Shown piece by piece: positions 1-10,535 of a DNA stretch of 64,000 bases. The notes under the pieces are model-generated. The model was not told the origin of the DNA. It saw nothing but the letters and a program-made list of their open reading frames with translations, and searched no databases. The translations under genes were made by a program, and so were the position numbers. Positions within the stretch are counted from its first letter, which is position 1, and every line of letters begins with the position of its first letter. This DNA comes from an uncultured delta proteobacterium (GTDB lineage Bacteria > Myxococcota > Myxococcia > Myxococcales > Anaeromyxobacteraceae): contig CAWHDZ010000008.1 of the NCBI GenBank assembly GCA_963828255.1, positions 118,203 through 182,202 on the forward strand, given 5' to 3'.

Positions 1-893
1 CGCCCAGCGGCTCCCCGCGCGGCCTCGGCCATGGCCACCGCCGCGGGGTGGCGCAGCCGCCGCTCCACGGTGAGCACGTAGAAGCGCTCCCGCACCTCGT
101 CGGCCCGCCCCACCGGGACCACCCCGTACTGGCCGCAGACCTCCTTCTCGATGGTGTCCGGCACGGCGAACACCCCCATCCCCTTCGCCCCGAAGGCCTT
201 GAGGAGCGCGCCGTCGTCGAACTCGCCGGCCACCACCGGCTCCACCCCCCGGGCCTCGAACCAGCCCTCCAGCCCCTGGCGCAGCGCGGTGCCCGCCGCC
301 GGGAGCAGCACCGGCGCCCCGGAGAGCGAGCCCGGGAAACCCTTGCGCAGGTGGGCGAGGCCCGGCGCGGCCAGGAAGACCACCCCGCACTCGACCAGCA
401 GGTGGCCGAAGGCCTTGACCCGCACCGACTCGGGGGCCGGGCTGTCCGAGAGCACCGCGTCGAGCTCGTGCAGCGCCAGCGAGGCCAGCAGCGCCGGCAG
501 CGGTCCCTCCCGGCAGACGAGGCGTAGATCTTTCACCCCGTCCACCGCCGACTGGAGCATCCGCTCGGCCACCAGCTTCGGGATCACGTCGGCCACCCCC
601 ACGGCGAAAGGGACACGCTCCCGGGACGGCGCGCCCTTCAGCACCTGCTGCAGCTCCCGGCCGGTGCGGAAGATCTCGTCGGCATAGCGCTGCACCGTGC
701 GCCCCACATCGGTGAGCACGAGTCCGCGGCCGCGCCGCTCGACGAGCGGGTGGCCGAGCGCCCCCTCCAGCGTCTTCAGCTGGCTGGAGATGCTGGGCTG
801 GGAGACGCGCAGCTCCAGGCTGGCGCGGGCGATGCTGCCGGTCCGGGCCACGACCCAGAAGTAGTGGAGGTGGTGGTAGTTGAGCCATTCCAT
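1..893 (-). CDS. nhaR: LysR-family transcriptional regulator, NhaR type (3' end runs off the window)
   Basis: Manual translation from ATG at 893: MEWLNYHHLHYFWVVARTGSIARASLELRVSQPSISSQLKTLE...LVERRGRGLVLTDVG; later GVADVIPKLVA. Typical NhaR HTH and substrate domain; absent from the ORF track because it has no stop in the window. Confidence 0.88.
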   Translation of the reverse strand, partial: MEWLNYHHLHYFWVVARTGSIARASLELRVSQPSISSQLKTLEGALGHPLVERRGRGLVLTDVGRTVQRYADEIFRTGRELQQVLKGAPSRERVPFAVGVADVIPKLVAERMLQSAVDGVKDLRLVCREGPLPALLASLALHELDAVLSDSPAPESVRVKAFGHLLVECGVVFLAAPGLAHLRKGFPGSLSGAPVLLPAAGTALRQGLEGWFEARGVEPVVAGEFDDGALLKAFGAKGMGVFAVPDTIEKEVCGQYGVVPVGRADEVRERFYVLTVERRLRHPAAVAMAEAARGAAG

Positions 894-966
894 TCATCCA
901 GTATACCTAATTATTCATTCGATACTTCATATCGCATGGGGCGTGATCCGGGCCTAGAGAGCCGGG

Positions 967-1950
967 ATGGAGCACACGGTTCTCGAGTGGGCGGTCTTCC
1001 TGGCGTTGGTCCTGGCGATGCTGGCTCTCGACCTCGGGGTCTTCAACCGCAAGGACCACGTGGTCGGACCGCGCGAGGCGCTCGGCTGGTCGGCCGTCTG
1101 GGTCTCGCTGGCCCTGGCCTTCGGCGGGTGGGTGTGGTTCCGGCACGGCGGCGAGCTCGGGCTCCAGTACCTGACCGGCTACGTGATCGAGAAGTCGCTC
1201 TCGGTGGACAACATCTTCGTCTTCGTCGTCATCTTCGGCGCGCTGGGGATCCCGCCCATCTACCAGCACCGGGTGCTCTTCTGGGGCATCCTCTCGGCGC
1301 TGGTGATGCGCGGCGCCATGATCGCGGCCGGTGCGGCACTGATCACCCGCTTCCACTGGATCATCTACGTCTTCGGCGCCTTCCTGGTGCTCACCGGCGT
1401 GAAGCTCCTGCTGGCCCGCGGCGCCGCCGACCACCCAGAGAACAGCGCGGTCTTCAAGTTCCTCCGCCGCATCGTCCCGGCCAGCCCCCACCTCGACGGA
1501 AACCACTTCTTCACGAAGCAGAACGGCAAGTGGCTCGCCACCCCGCTCTTCTTCGCGCTGGCCCTCATCGAGGTGACCGACGTGATCTTCGCGGTGGACT
1601 CGATCCCGGCCATCTTCGCGGTGACGAGCGATCCCTTCATCGTCTTCACCTCCAACATCTTCGCCATCCTCGGGCTCCGCTCCCTCTACTTCCTCCTGGC
1701 CGGATTCGTGGAGAAGTTCACGTACCTCAAGCCCTCGCTGGCCTTCGTCCTCATGTTCGTGGGCGCCAAGATGGCGCTCGTGGACGTGGTGAAGATCCAC
1801 GCCGCGGCCTCGCTCGCGGTGGTGCTGACGATCCTCGCCGTCGGGATCGTGGCCTCCGCGCTCAAGAACCGGCGCTACCAAGCTGCCCTGGCCGCTGCCG
1901 CTGCCGAGGCCTCCCGCGCCGCGCCGCTGGTGCGCAAGGAGGCGGCCTGA
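967..1950 (+). CDS. TerC/Alx family membrane protein
   Basis: Motifs GYVIEKSLSVDNIFVF, DVIFAVDSIPAIFAVT, FTSNIFAILGLRSLYF; multiple TM segments. Confidence 0.93.
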   Translation: MEHTVLEWAVFLALVLAMLALDLGVFNRKDHVVGPREALGWSAVWVSLALAFGGWVWFRHGGELGLQYLTGYVIEKSLSVDNIFVFVVIFGALGIPPIYQHRVLFWGILSALVMRGAMIAAGAALITRFHWIIYVFGAFLVLTGVKLLLARGAADHPENSAVFKFLRRIVPASPHLDGNHFFTKQNGKWLATPLFFALALIEVTDVIFAVDSIPAIFAVTSDPFIVFTSNIFAILGLRSLYFLLAGFVEKFTYLKPSLAFVLMFVGAKMALVDVVKIHAAASLAVVLTILAVGIVASALKNRRYQAALAAAAAEASRAAPLVRKEAA

Positions 1951-1969
1951 GAGCGGCGCCCGGTGCGGG

Positions 1970-4255
1970 TCACCGCCCTCGGGGTCGGCCCTTCATGGAC
2001 TCGACCTCTGCGAGGAGCGCACGGGACTCGGCGTGCTCGGGGTGGGCGGCCAGCAGCGCGCGCAGCGTCGCCTCCGCCCCGTCCAGGTCTCCGGCGCGGG
2101 ACTGGTAGTAGCCGAGCGTCCAGGCGTAGCGGACGTCGTCGGGGCGCAACCGCGCAGCCGTCCGGGCAAGGGCGGCCGCCTCGGAAGGCTTCCGCTCCCC
2201 GACCAGCACCGCCAGGTTGAAGGCCGCGGGGGCGAGGCGCGGGTCGGCCACGAGCGCAGCGCGCAGCATCTCCTCGGCCCCGTCCCGGTCGTTCCGCTCG
2301 GCCAGCAGCAGCCCCAGGTTGAAGGCGATGCCGGCGTGGCCAGGCTGCTGGGCACGGGCCTCGCGCAGCAGCGTCTCGGCCTCGGCCCCCCTTCCGTTCA
2401 CCGCGAGCAGCATGGCCAGGTTGGAACGGGCCAGGAAGAGCTGGTCGTCGATGGCGATGGCCCGCCGGTACTGCCTCTCGGCGTCGGCGCTGCGCCCCAG
2501 CGCGGCGTACAGGTTGCCCAGGTTGTAGGGGCCGGAGGGCAGGTCGGACATGTAGCGCTGCCCGGCCTCGTACCCGGAGAGCGCCTCGGCCCATGCCTTC
2601 TGCTGCGCCCCGGTGAGCCGCCGGGAGGGCGGGCCGGCCAGGCGCGCGGCCGCCTCGGCGCGCACCCAGCGCACCGGATCCTGGAGCAGCGGTCCGAGCA
2701 GCACGGCGAGCCGCCCCGGATCGGCCTCGCCCAACCGCCCCACCGCGGTGACCCGCAGGAGCGGCTCCGGGTCGGAGAGGGCCTTCTCGACGCCCGCGCG
2801 GGCCTCGCCTCCCGGGTAGCCGGAGAGCAGGTCCACGGCGGTGGCCCGGACCACCACCGGGAAGCGCGGATCCGCGGCGAGCCGGACGAGTTCCGTCTCG
2901 GCCCCGGGCTCCCTGGCCCGCCCTGCCGCGATGGTCGTCCCGTAGTGCGGCTTGCGCTTCTTCCCGTACCAGCCGTCGTGCTTCTCCTGCACCCAGGAGA
3001 GCTTCCGGTCGGCGTGGCACCCGGAGGCGTTGCAGGCGTTGGGCACGCCGATGGAGGCGGTCAGGTCGGGACGCGGGACGCGCATGGAGTGGTCGCGCCG
3101 GAAGTGCACCACCATGAAGTCCTGGCCGGGCATGTGGCAGGAGACGCAGAGCACGCCGGCGCTCGGCTTCCCCTTCCACTCCGGCCTGTGGAAGTGGTGG
3201 GACGGAGCGTCGTAGGTGTCGGCGCGGTGGCAGCGCGTGCAGAGCCGGTTTCCCTCCTCGTGCCGCTTGCCCGAGTGGACGTCGTGGCAGTCGGCGCAGC
3301 GCACCCCGTTCGCGTGCATCTTGCTCTGCGTGAAGGCGTGCCACTCGAAGTCCTCGTCGAGGATCTGCCCGTCGGCGTGGAAGACCCCGGGGGCGAGCAG
3401 CGAGGGCAGGTAGGCGTCGAGCAGCTCCCCGCCCGGTGCGACCGGGTCGGCGAACTGGGCGCGCCGGGAGTGGCAGGGGGCGCACAGCGCCGTCATTTCA
3501 CCCGGGGTGAGACGGGCCGTCTTCGCCACCAGGCCGGCGTTCTCGACGGCCGTGCGCCCCATGGCCGGCTGCTCCGCCCAGGCGACGTGGCGTGACCCCG
3601 GGCCGTGGCAGGCCTCGCATCCCACCATGATCTCCGACCAGGTGGTCTCGTAGGCGTCCGTCTCCGGGTCGTAGCGCTTGCGGACCGCGGTGGAGTGGCA
3701 GTCGGAGCACATGGCGTTCCAGCCCTGGCCGGGGCGGGTCCAGTGGAGCCAGTCGCCGGGCGGCGCGGGCGGCCCCGGGTTCACGTGGAACCAGCGCTTC
3801 GCCCTCGTGTCCCAGGCCGCCGAGAGGGCCTGGAGCCGCCCGCCGGGGAAGGGCACCAGGTATTGCTGCAGCGGGGCCACGCCGAAGGTGTAGGCCACCT
3901 CGAAGTCGCGCATCTCGCCGTCCGGCCCCTCGGCGTGGACGAGGAACCTCTCGCCCTGCCGGAAGAAGCGCCAGGTCTTGCCCCGGTGGACGAGCGTCGC
4001 CCCGGAGAAGTCGCCGAGCACCGTCCCGTCCCGGGCCGGCTGCATGGCGAGCGCGTGGTTCGACCCCTTCCACGCCGTGAAGGCCTTCTCGTGGCAGGCC
4101 TTGCACTTCTCGCTTCCCACGTGCTGCGGCGCGGCGCCCGGCGCGCTGCGCGGCGGGCGGAACGCGCGCACCGCGAGGTACAGCGGGACCGAGAGCAGGA
4201 TGGCCGCCGTGGCGGCCACGGACGCGATCCGGTAGCGGCGCAGGGTCGGGTCCAT
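1970..4255 (-). CDS. Membrane-anchored multiheme c-type cytochrome with HEAT/TPR C-terminus
   Basis: N-terminal TM helix; 7 CxxCH motifs (CKACH, CSDCH, CEACH, CAPCH, CADCH, CTRCH, CVSCH) plus CNASGCH; TPR repeats (YNLGNLY, FNLGLLL). Confidence 0.88.
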   Translation of the reverse strand: MDPTLRRYRIASVAATAAILLSVPLYLAVRAFRPPRSAPGAAPQHVGSEKCKACHEKAFTAWKGSNHALAMQPARDGTVLGDFSGATLVHRGKTWRFFRQGERFLVHAEGPDGEMRDFEVAYTFGVAPLQQYLVPFPGGRLQALSAAWDTRAKRWFHVNPGPPAPPGDWLHWTRPGQGWNAMCSDCHSTAVRKRYDPETDAYETTWSEIMVGCEACHGPGSRHVAWAEQPAMGRTAVENAGLVAKTARLTPGEMTALCAPCHSRRAQFADPVAPGGELLDAYLPSLLAPGVFHADGQILDEDFEWHAFTQSKMHANGVRCADCHDVHSGKRHEEGNRLCTRCHRADTYDAPSHHFHRPEWKGKPSAGVLCVSCHMPGQDFMVVHFRRDHSMRVPRPDLTASIGVPNACNASGCHADRKLSWVQEKHDGWYGKKRKPHYGTTIAAGRAREPGAETELVRLAADPRFPVVVRATAVDLLSGYPGGEARAGVEKALSDPEPLLRVTAVGRLGEADPGRLAVLLGPLLQDPVRWVRAEAAARLAGPPSRRLTGAQQKAWAEALSGYEAGQRYMSDLPSGPYNLGNLYAALGRSADAERQYRRAIAIDDQLFLARSNLAMLLAVNGRGAEAETLLREARAQQPGHAGIAFNLGLLLAERNDRDGAEEMLRAALVADPRLAPAAFNLAVLVGERKPSEAAALARTAARLRPDDVRYAWTLGYYQSRAGDLDGAEATLRALLAAHPEHAESRALLAEVESMKGRPRGR

Positions 4256-4753
4256 CTAGAGGTAGGTCACCTGGCCCGGCTCGAAGCGGGCTCGCGCGAT
4301 GCGGCGGGAGGTGTCCACCTTGACGATGCCCCCCTCGATCACCACCGGGAAGAGGTCGAGGGCGCGGGTGGCCGGCGGCGCGAGCACGTCCCCCCGGTCG
4401 TCGAAGCGCGAGGCGTGGCACGGGCAGGGGAACACCCGCTGCTTCCCGTCCCACGGAACCATGCACCCGAGGTGCGTGCATCGCGAGGAGAGGGCGAGGA
4501 ACCCGCCGTCGGCGAGGCGCACCAGGTAGAACTTTCCGCCGGGGAAGGCGCGCACGGAGGAGGGCGTGAACTCGGCCACCGGGCCGGCGACGACGAGCGC
4601 GGCGCCGCGCCCCGCCCCTCCCCTGGCGGGGGCCAGGTAGGCCACCACCACCGCCAGGAGCTGGACTCCGGCCAGGATCCCCAGCCCCTTTCCGGCCTTC
4701 CCGAGGAAGTCGCGGCGGGCGGGCCCGGCCGGCTCGATGGACGGCGCCGTCAC
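4256..4753 (-). CDS. Rieske 2Fe-2S protein with Tat-type anchor
   Basis: GTG start overlapping the upstream stop (GTGA); ARRDFL; Rieske boxes CTHLGC and CPCHAS. Confidence 0.9.
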   Translation of the reverse strand: MTAPSIEPAGPARRDFLGKAGKGLGILAGVQLLAVVVAYLAPARGGAGRGAALVVAGPVAEFTPSSVRAFPGGKFYLVRLADGGFLALSSRCTHLGCMVPWDGKQRVFPCPCHASRFDDRGDVLAPPATRALDLFPVVIEGGIVKVDTSRRIARARFEPGQVTYL

Positions 4754-6074
4754 GGGAGCACCAGCGCCATTCCCTGGCCCCGGAGGAACACGCCCACCAG
4801 CGTGAGCACCACGAAGGAGGCCAGCGCGAAGCTCACGGCGGTCTGGACCGACTCGATCCGGGTCGCGCCGCGGCGGCGCGACAGCCAGGCCGCGCCGAGG
4901 AGCAGGATGGCCATGGCGGTGAGCGGAAGCAGGCCGCTGCGCACCGCGGGCGGGATCCCGGGCAGCCACGGGGGGGCCCGCCGCAGGGGCTCGTTCGCCA
5001 CCACCGCTCCCGCGGTCCCCACCGCGGCGACGGCCGCCGCCACGAGCGCGTGGCGGGCGCCCAGCGCGGAGCCGAACCAGCGGCCGGTGGGCGGCTCGCG
5101 TCCGCCCAGCGCCGGGAGCAGGAGGAGCAGGGCCACGCCGAGGACCGGGACCACGACGGCCCCGAAGGCCGGGTGGAGGTGGACCAGCAGCTCCTGCAGC
5201 CCCATGAAGTACCAGGGCGCCCTGGCCGGGTTCGGGCTCATGCCCGGGTTGGCCTGGGCGAGCAGGGGCGCGTCCCACAGGGCCGCGGCGACCAGTACCG
5301 CGGCCAGCACGCCGAGCGCCATGGCTGCTTCACGCTGCGTGAGGTTCGGCGACGAGGGAACGAGCGCCCCGCGCGGGGAGGCCCGGTCGCCCGCGCCGGG
5401 GGGAAGGATCACCCCGCCCACCTTCCTCACCAGCCAGAAGTGGAAGGCCAGCAGGAGCAGCATGGCGATGGGCAGGATGGCCACGTGGAGCACGAAGAAG
5501 CGCGCCAGCGTCGCCGGCCCGACGTCGGCGCCGCCGCGGGCGGCGCGGAGCAGGACCCCGCCCACCACCGGCGCGTACTCGAGCATCCCGGTGCCGATGG
5601 TCACCGCCCAGAAGGCCAGCTGGTCCCAGGGGAGCAGGTAGCCTGTGAAGGCGCAGGCGACCACGAGAAGCAGGAGCGCCACCCCGGCGAACCAGTTGCC
5701 CCGGCGCGGGGGCAAGTGCCCGCCCCGGTAGAAGACCCGCAGCAGGTGGAGCAGGGTGACCAGCACCATCCCGTTCGCCGCCCAGTGATGGACGTTGCGC
5801 ACGAGCGCGCCGAAGGGGACCTCGTCCACGAGCCGGACCAGCGTTCCGTGGGCCCGCTCCGGCGAGGGCTCGTAGACCACCAGCAGGAGCGACCCGGTGA
5901 CGGCGAGGATCAGGAAGAGGACCGCAGCAGTCCCCCCAGGCCGAAGGTCACCGGAAGGGGGAGTGCCGCCGCCGGAACGAGCCTGGGGTGCAGGTGGAGG
6001 ACGAGGTTTGCGAAGCCCGAGGGCTTCCGCGCCGGGAGCGGGGCCTCGCGTGGATCTGTAGCCGGGCTTGCGAT
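4750..6074 (-). CDS. Cytochrome b/b6-type subunit with a 1-nt frameshift at 5932-5937
   Basis: RNVHHWAANGM, HLLRVF, FTGYLLPWDQLAFWA, RFFVLHV, PNPARAPWYF. The N-terminus (LVLHLHPRLVP...TFGLGG) lies in another frame that joins at a G6 run. Confidence 0.85.
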
Positions 6075-6404
6075 CCGCGGATTCTAGCCCAAGGGTCAGA
6101 AGTAGGTGGCGAGGATGAGCCCGACCTGCGGCGCCCAGCTGCGGCTGGGCTGCAGGCTGGTGATGGCGCTCCAGCTGACCTCGACGGTCTGCCCCTGCGC
6201 CTGGAGGCGCAGCCCCTTGCCGACCTGACAAGCGGCGGCGGCGATGAGCAGGACACTGACTCCCATGGTGTACCCCCGTGGAGCCAAACACCGGAGCGCG
6301 CCAAGGGTTGCGGATCGCCAGTCCCCCATGGAGTGCTTGCGCGCCGCCCGGAGAAGGGGGAACCTGCGCCCGCCGTCCACGATCACGAAACAAGGAGGAG
6401 CACG

Positions 6405-6737
6405 ATGACCCGTATCCTTGCACTGGCACTCTTCGCGGTTCTCGCCGCGGGCTGCGCCACCACCTCGAGCGTGAAGGAGGAGATGGCTCCTCTTTCCGCC
6501 AGGGTGACGACGCTCGAGCAGCAGGACGCCGCGATGCAGGCCAAGCTCGCCGACCTGAGCAGGAAGTCAGACGCGCAGTCCGCCGATGTCCAGGCGCTCC
6601 GCAAGGAGATCGCCAACTCCAACGCGGCTGCCCAGAAGTCCGCGGCAGACGCCGAGGCCGCCGCCGTGCGCGCCGAGACCGCCGCCGCCAAGGCCGCCAA
6701 GGCCTTCGAGCTGCGCCAGATGAAGGGCGCGAAGTAG
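6405..6737 (+). CDS. Lpp/OprI-like alanine-zipper lipoprotein
   Basis: AGGAGG RBS; lipobox LAAGC; Ala-rich coiled coil; C-terminal Lys (KGAK). Confidence 0.8.
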   Translation: MTRILALALFAVLAAGCATTSSVKEEMAPLSARVTTLEQQDAAMQAKLADLSRKSDAQSADVQALRKEIANSNAAAQKSAADAEAAAVRAETAAAKAAKAFELRQMKGAK

Positions 6738-6804
6738 CAGTTCCGGCGCCGGGGGGTGCGGCCTCGCGCCGCGCCCCCTGGCGCGCCACTCCCTCACGGC
6801 TCGA

Positions 6805-7794
6805 TCAGCTCCGGTCCGGAGACCGATCCTGTGTGACGTCCACCGGGAGGCCCCGCGGGTCCGAGAGCGCCTCGTCGAGCTTCCCCGCGTCCACCGAGCC
6901 GAGCAGTCCGCGCTTGCCCAGGAGCCGCCGCGCCTCGGAGGCCACGTCCACCTTGGCGTCCTCGTCGGGGTGGATCTCCACGAAGACCCGCCCGGCCCGC
7001 ACGCCGACCTTCACCGGCTCGCGGACGATCCGGACCTCGGCCCCCACCGGCACCCGCTCGAAGAGGACCGGGATGTCCTCGGGGTAGAGCCGCAGGCAAC
7101 CGTGGCTGGCCCGGCGCCCCACGCCGAAGGGCGTATCGGTGCCGTGGATGAGGATCGACCCCCTGTCGAGCCGAAGCGCGTGGGTCCCGAGCGGATTGTC
7201 CGGCCCGGGCGGCACCACCGCCGGCAGGTCGGGCTCCTCCTTGCGAATCGACGCGGGCGGGTACCAGGGCGGGTTCACCTGCTTCTGGATCACCTTGAAG
7301 GTGCCGGTGGGCGTGGCCCAGCCCTCGGTGCCGATGCCCACCGGGAAGGTCATGGCCGGCCCGGGCTTGCTGGGGAAGTGGAAGAGGCGCATCTCGGAAA
7401 GGTTCACCACCACCCTCCCCGGCGCCGCGGCCCGGGGCACGATCCAGGAGGTGGGGAGGGTGACCATCGCGCCCACGGTGGGGATGAAGGCGTCCTGCCC
7501 CGGGTTGGCCGCCTCGATCTCGTTGAATCCCAGGTCGTACTGGCGCGCCATCTCGATGAGCGAGTCGCCGGGCAGCACCACCCGCTGGCAGGAGGTCCCG
7601 ATGACCTCGACGGCCTTGCATTCACCCGGTGTGTTGCAGGCGGCGGCCTGGACGATGGGGCAGCGCGGCGCGACCGCGGCGACGGGCTCGGGCTCCTTCG
7701 GTGGCTCGGGCGGCGGGGGGACGTGCGCGCAGCCGGCCCAGAGGGCGGCGAGGAGGAGCCAGGCTCCCGGGAGGAGGTGGAGTCGTGCCGGCAT
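6805..7794 (-). CDS. L,D-transpeptidase (ErfK/YbiS/YcfS type) lipoprotein with LysM-like region
   Basis: Lipobox WAGC; VVNLSEMRL, FPVGIG, PPGPDNPLG, ILIHGT...ASHGCLRL. Confidence 0.92.
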   Translation of the reverse strand: MPARLHLLPGAWLLLAALWAGCAHVPPPPEPPKEPEPVAAVAPRCPIVQAAACNTPGECKAVEVIGTSCQRVVLPGDSLIEMARQYDLGFNEIEAANPGQDAFIPTVGAMVTLPTSWIVPRAAAPGRVVVNLSEMRLFHFPSKPGPAMTFPVGIGTEGWATPTGTFKVIQKQVNPPWYPPASIRKEEPDLPAVVPPGPDNPLGTHALRLDRGSILIHGTDTPFGVGRRASHGCLRLYPEDIPVLFERVPVGAEVRIVREPVKVGVRAGRVFVEIHPDEDAKVDVASEARRLLGKRGLLGSVDAGKLDEALSDPRGLPVDVTQDRSPDRS

Positions 7795-7861
7795 GGCGCA
7801 AGGGTTAGTGGAAGGCAGGGAGCGTGACAAGGGGCTCCGGCGCGGTTAGCGTTTCCGGGCG

Positions 7862-8359
7862 ATGCGTGCGGCCGCGATCCTCATGCTTTTCCTCGCCGGG
7901 AGCGGCGCCGGGGCCGACGAGGCCGACCGGACTCCGGCGGCTTGTCCCACGACGGGCGACTGGGTGGCCGTCTTCACCCTCAAGCGGGAGATCTGGCTCT
8001 GCCGCCACGGGTCGGTGGTGGGACGGATCCCGGTGGCGCTGGGGCGGGGCGGAACCGGGAAGAGGCGGACAGGCGACCACCGGACCCCGGTCGGCGCCTA
8101 CGCCTTCGGGACCCCGAGGCAATCGAAGCTCTACGGGACCTTCATCCCCTTCGACTACCCAACCCGCGAGCAGGCGTCGCAGGGGCACTCGGGCAGCGCG
8201 CTGGGGATCCACGGCCCCCCGCGCGGACAGGCCGAGCCCGAGTACCCGACCACGGCCTTCGACTGGACCATGGGCTGCGTGGCCACCGGGACCGACTCCG
8301 ACGTGGAGACCATCGCCGAGTTCGTGCGCAGGTACCAGCCGACCTTGCTGGTGCGGTGA
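7862..8359 (+). CDS. YkuD-domain L,D-transpeptidase-like protein
   Basis: Signal peptide; GKRRTGDHRTPVG, DYP, LGIHG...DWTMGCVA. Confidence 0.85.
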   Translation: MRAAAILMLFLAGSGAGADEADRTPAACPTTGDWVAVFTLKREIWLCRHGSVVGRIPVALGRGGTGKRRTGDHRTPVGAYAFGTPRQSKLYGTFIPFDYPTREQASQGHSGSALGIHGPPRGQAEPEYPTTAFDWTMGCVATGTDSDVETIAEFVRRYQPTLLVR

Positions 8360-8368
8360 GTCACGGCG

Positions 8369-9880
8369 TCAGTCGGGGTCGCCCGCCACCGGCAACTCCA
8401 CGCGGAACGTGGACCCCTGGCCCGGGCTGCTGGTGGCCGTGATGGTTCCGCCATGCGCGGTGACGATGGAATGGCAGATGGCAGGAAGCGCATGGCCTCG
8501 TCGAGCCGGCGAACGATGGTCTCCCTGTCGACCGGTCCGCCGGAACGGATCGCCTCCTTCACCGCCTCGACCTCCTCGATGGCGAACCCTTGTCCCGCCA
8601 GCTCCCCGGTGAGCGGGTTGTCGATCTCGTGGGCCACGCCTGCCACCAGCGTCCCCAGCGCGGCGAGCCGCGACGCCACCACGAGCCGTTCCTCGAGTGC
8701 CCGTTTCTCCGTGACGTCCTGGGTCATGATGAGACCGTGGGTGACAGCGCCCGACGCGTCGCGCACCGGCTCCAGGATGACGCCGACGGCGCAGTCGCGA
8801 ACCTGGAATGGGCTCGCCGGGACTCCCTGGCAAGCACGGCCCGGGTCCCGTCCATCAGGACGTAGCGGAGGTCCCGGAAGAAGAGCCCCACCGCCCCGTT
8901 GGGGAAGTTCTCCATGACCGCACGCTGGAGGGCCTCGCTCCGGTGCAGGGCGTCCTCCGCCTCCTTCTGGGCCTGGATGCCGGAAATGGTCCCGGCGATG
9001 CGGAGGGCCTTGCCGGCCGGATCGCGGGCCGATACTCCGCCGCGGCTGCGGACCCACCGACAGGTCCCGTCGGCGTGCCGGGTGCGAAACACCCGGTCGA
9101 AGTGCCCCTCCCCGCTCGCCATCACGGCCTCGTAGACCGGGCGAATCTCGCGGAGGTCGTCGGGGTGCATCCGGGCCCGCCACTCGTCGCTGCCCGCCAC
9201 CGTGTCCACGGCGGGCCGGCCGGTGATCTCGTTCATCCGGGCGCTGTGGAAAACCTTCCCGGTGACGAGGTCACGCTCCCAGTAGCCGTCGGTGCTGGCG
9301 TCGAGGACCGATTGCAGCCGCTCCCGGCTCTCGCGGAGCTCGGTGGCGATCCCCGCCTGCTCCATCTCCGCGAGGAACTGCAGGCGGCGGACGCGATGCT
9401 GCCGCCATGAGACGAAGCCGGCGGCGAGATTCGTCATCGGCAGCATGTCGCCGATCAGCAGGGCCGCGGCAGGGGGGGGTCGCGAAACGCCAGGATCCAG
9501 GCGGCCGCCCCGACTGTGATCGTTCCGGCCCCGATGGCCTGGAGGGAGAACCGGTTGGGGAGAAGCGCCCAGACGCAGACCACGAGGAACATGTCGAACG
9601 TGACGGGAAGCAGGTAATCGGCCGGACGGGTGGACTGGATGACGACGTCGATGGTCGCGGCGGCGGCCACCCGCAGGGCGAAGAGCAGACCTCGCGTCGG
9701 CGGACCGACGAGGCGCAGGTCGTTCGAAACGGGTGCCAGGGAGGGCAGAGCCAGACCGCCAGTGATGATCGCCGCGGTGCGCCCGTCGTACCGCAGGAAC
9801 CGGGCGCGGTACTCCGCCTCCAGCGCCGGCGGCACGGGCCCCGTGCCCGCCAGTCGTCCAGGACCTCTCCCTCCACCCAT
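8369..9880 (-). pseudogene. Decayed membrane PAS/PAC sensor histidine kinase
   Basis: Pieces in several frames: TM region, PAS (STDGYWERD...HPDD...RWVRSRG), H-box (LGTLVAGVAHEIDNPL), HATPase tail (ICHSIVTAHGG...GQGSTFRVELP); frameshifts and internal deletions. Confidence 0.8.
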
Positions 9881-9919
9881 GGTGACGACGCAAGGCCCCC
9901 TGCCCGACGTGGTCAAAAG

Positions 9920-10050
9920 GCCTTTGGGGGCGCCCCTGGCGATCAGAACGGGGATCGTCTCTTTTGCCGCCTTGCGCGCCTTCCTGGTCTACGTGAGGGA
10001 TGAGGACTACTTCCACCTGCTGCCTCCGGCGGCGGGCGACGACGCCCCCG
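9920..10050 (+). repeat. Copy 1 of a 131-bp direct repeat (promoter + first codons of the radical SAM gene)
   Basis: Ungapped match to 11482-11612 with about 9 mismatches counted by eye. Confidence 0.9.
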
Positions 10051-10106
10051 GGCCAGCGACGGCCCGGGAGCGTGCGCAAGTCGCGCGGCGGGGACCTCGG
10101 TCGACC

Positions 10107-10535
10107 TCAGGCTTCCTGGATGATTCCGAGGACGTCCTTCTCCAGCAGGGGTGAGGGCGTCACGACGACCTGCCTCCCGGCCACGTTCCAGGCGAAGCGG
10201 GGTTCGCCCTTGTGTCGGATGTAGGCGTCCCGAAGGTGGTCCGAGACGATCTGCACCTTCGCCGCCGAGAGCCCCTTGTCCTTCATGAGGAGCTTCAGAT
10301 TTCCTTCCCGGCCGTCCTGGAACCAGACCAGGCCGAACGTGCTGGGGGGCTTTCCGACGAACACCCAGAGCCCCTGCTCCCCGGGGACCACCTCCAGCTT
10401 GTCCTTCGTCTTCTGCGCGAGCCCCTCGAGCGCTGTCTTGTTCTTCTCCAGCTGAATGGCCGCCTGGCCCGTGGGGTCGAGGGGCTGATGCTCCGGCTCC
10501 CCTCCGAACAGCTTTCCGAGCAAACCCATGTTCAT
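10107..10535 (-). CDS. Hypothetical protein
   Basis: GGAGGAAGGA RBS; coding-like composition; no recognised motif. Confidence 0.75.
   Translation of the reverse strand: MNMGLLGKLFGGEPEHQPLDPTGQAAIQLEKNKTALEGLAQKTKDKLEVVPGEQGLWVFVGKPPSTFGLVWFQDGREGNLKLLMKDKGLSAAKVQIVSDHLRDAYIRHKGEPRFAWNVAGRQVVVTPSPLLEKDVLGIIQEA

Noticed and set aside
6096..6286. Small minus-strand ORF upstream of cytochrome b
   Set aside because: No RBS or motif; could be chance
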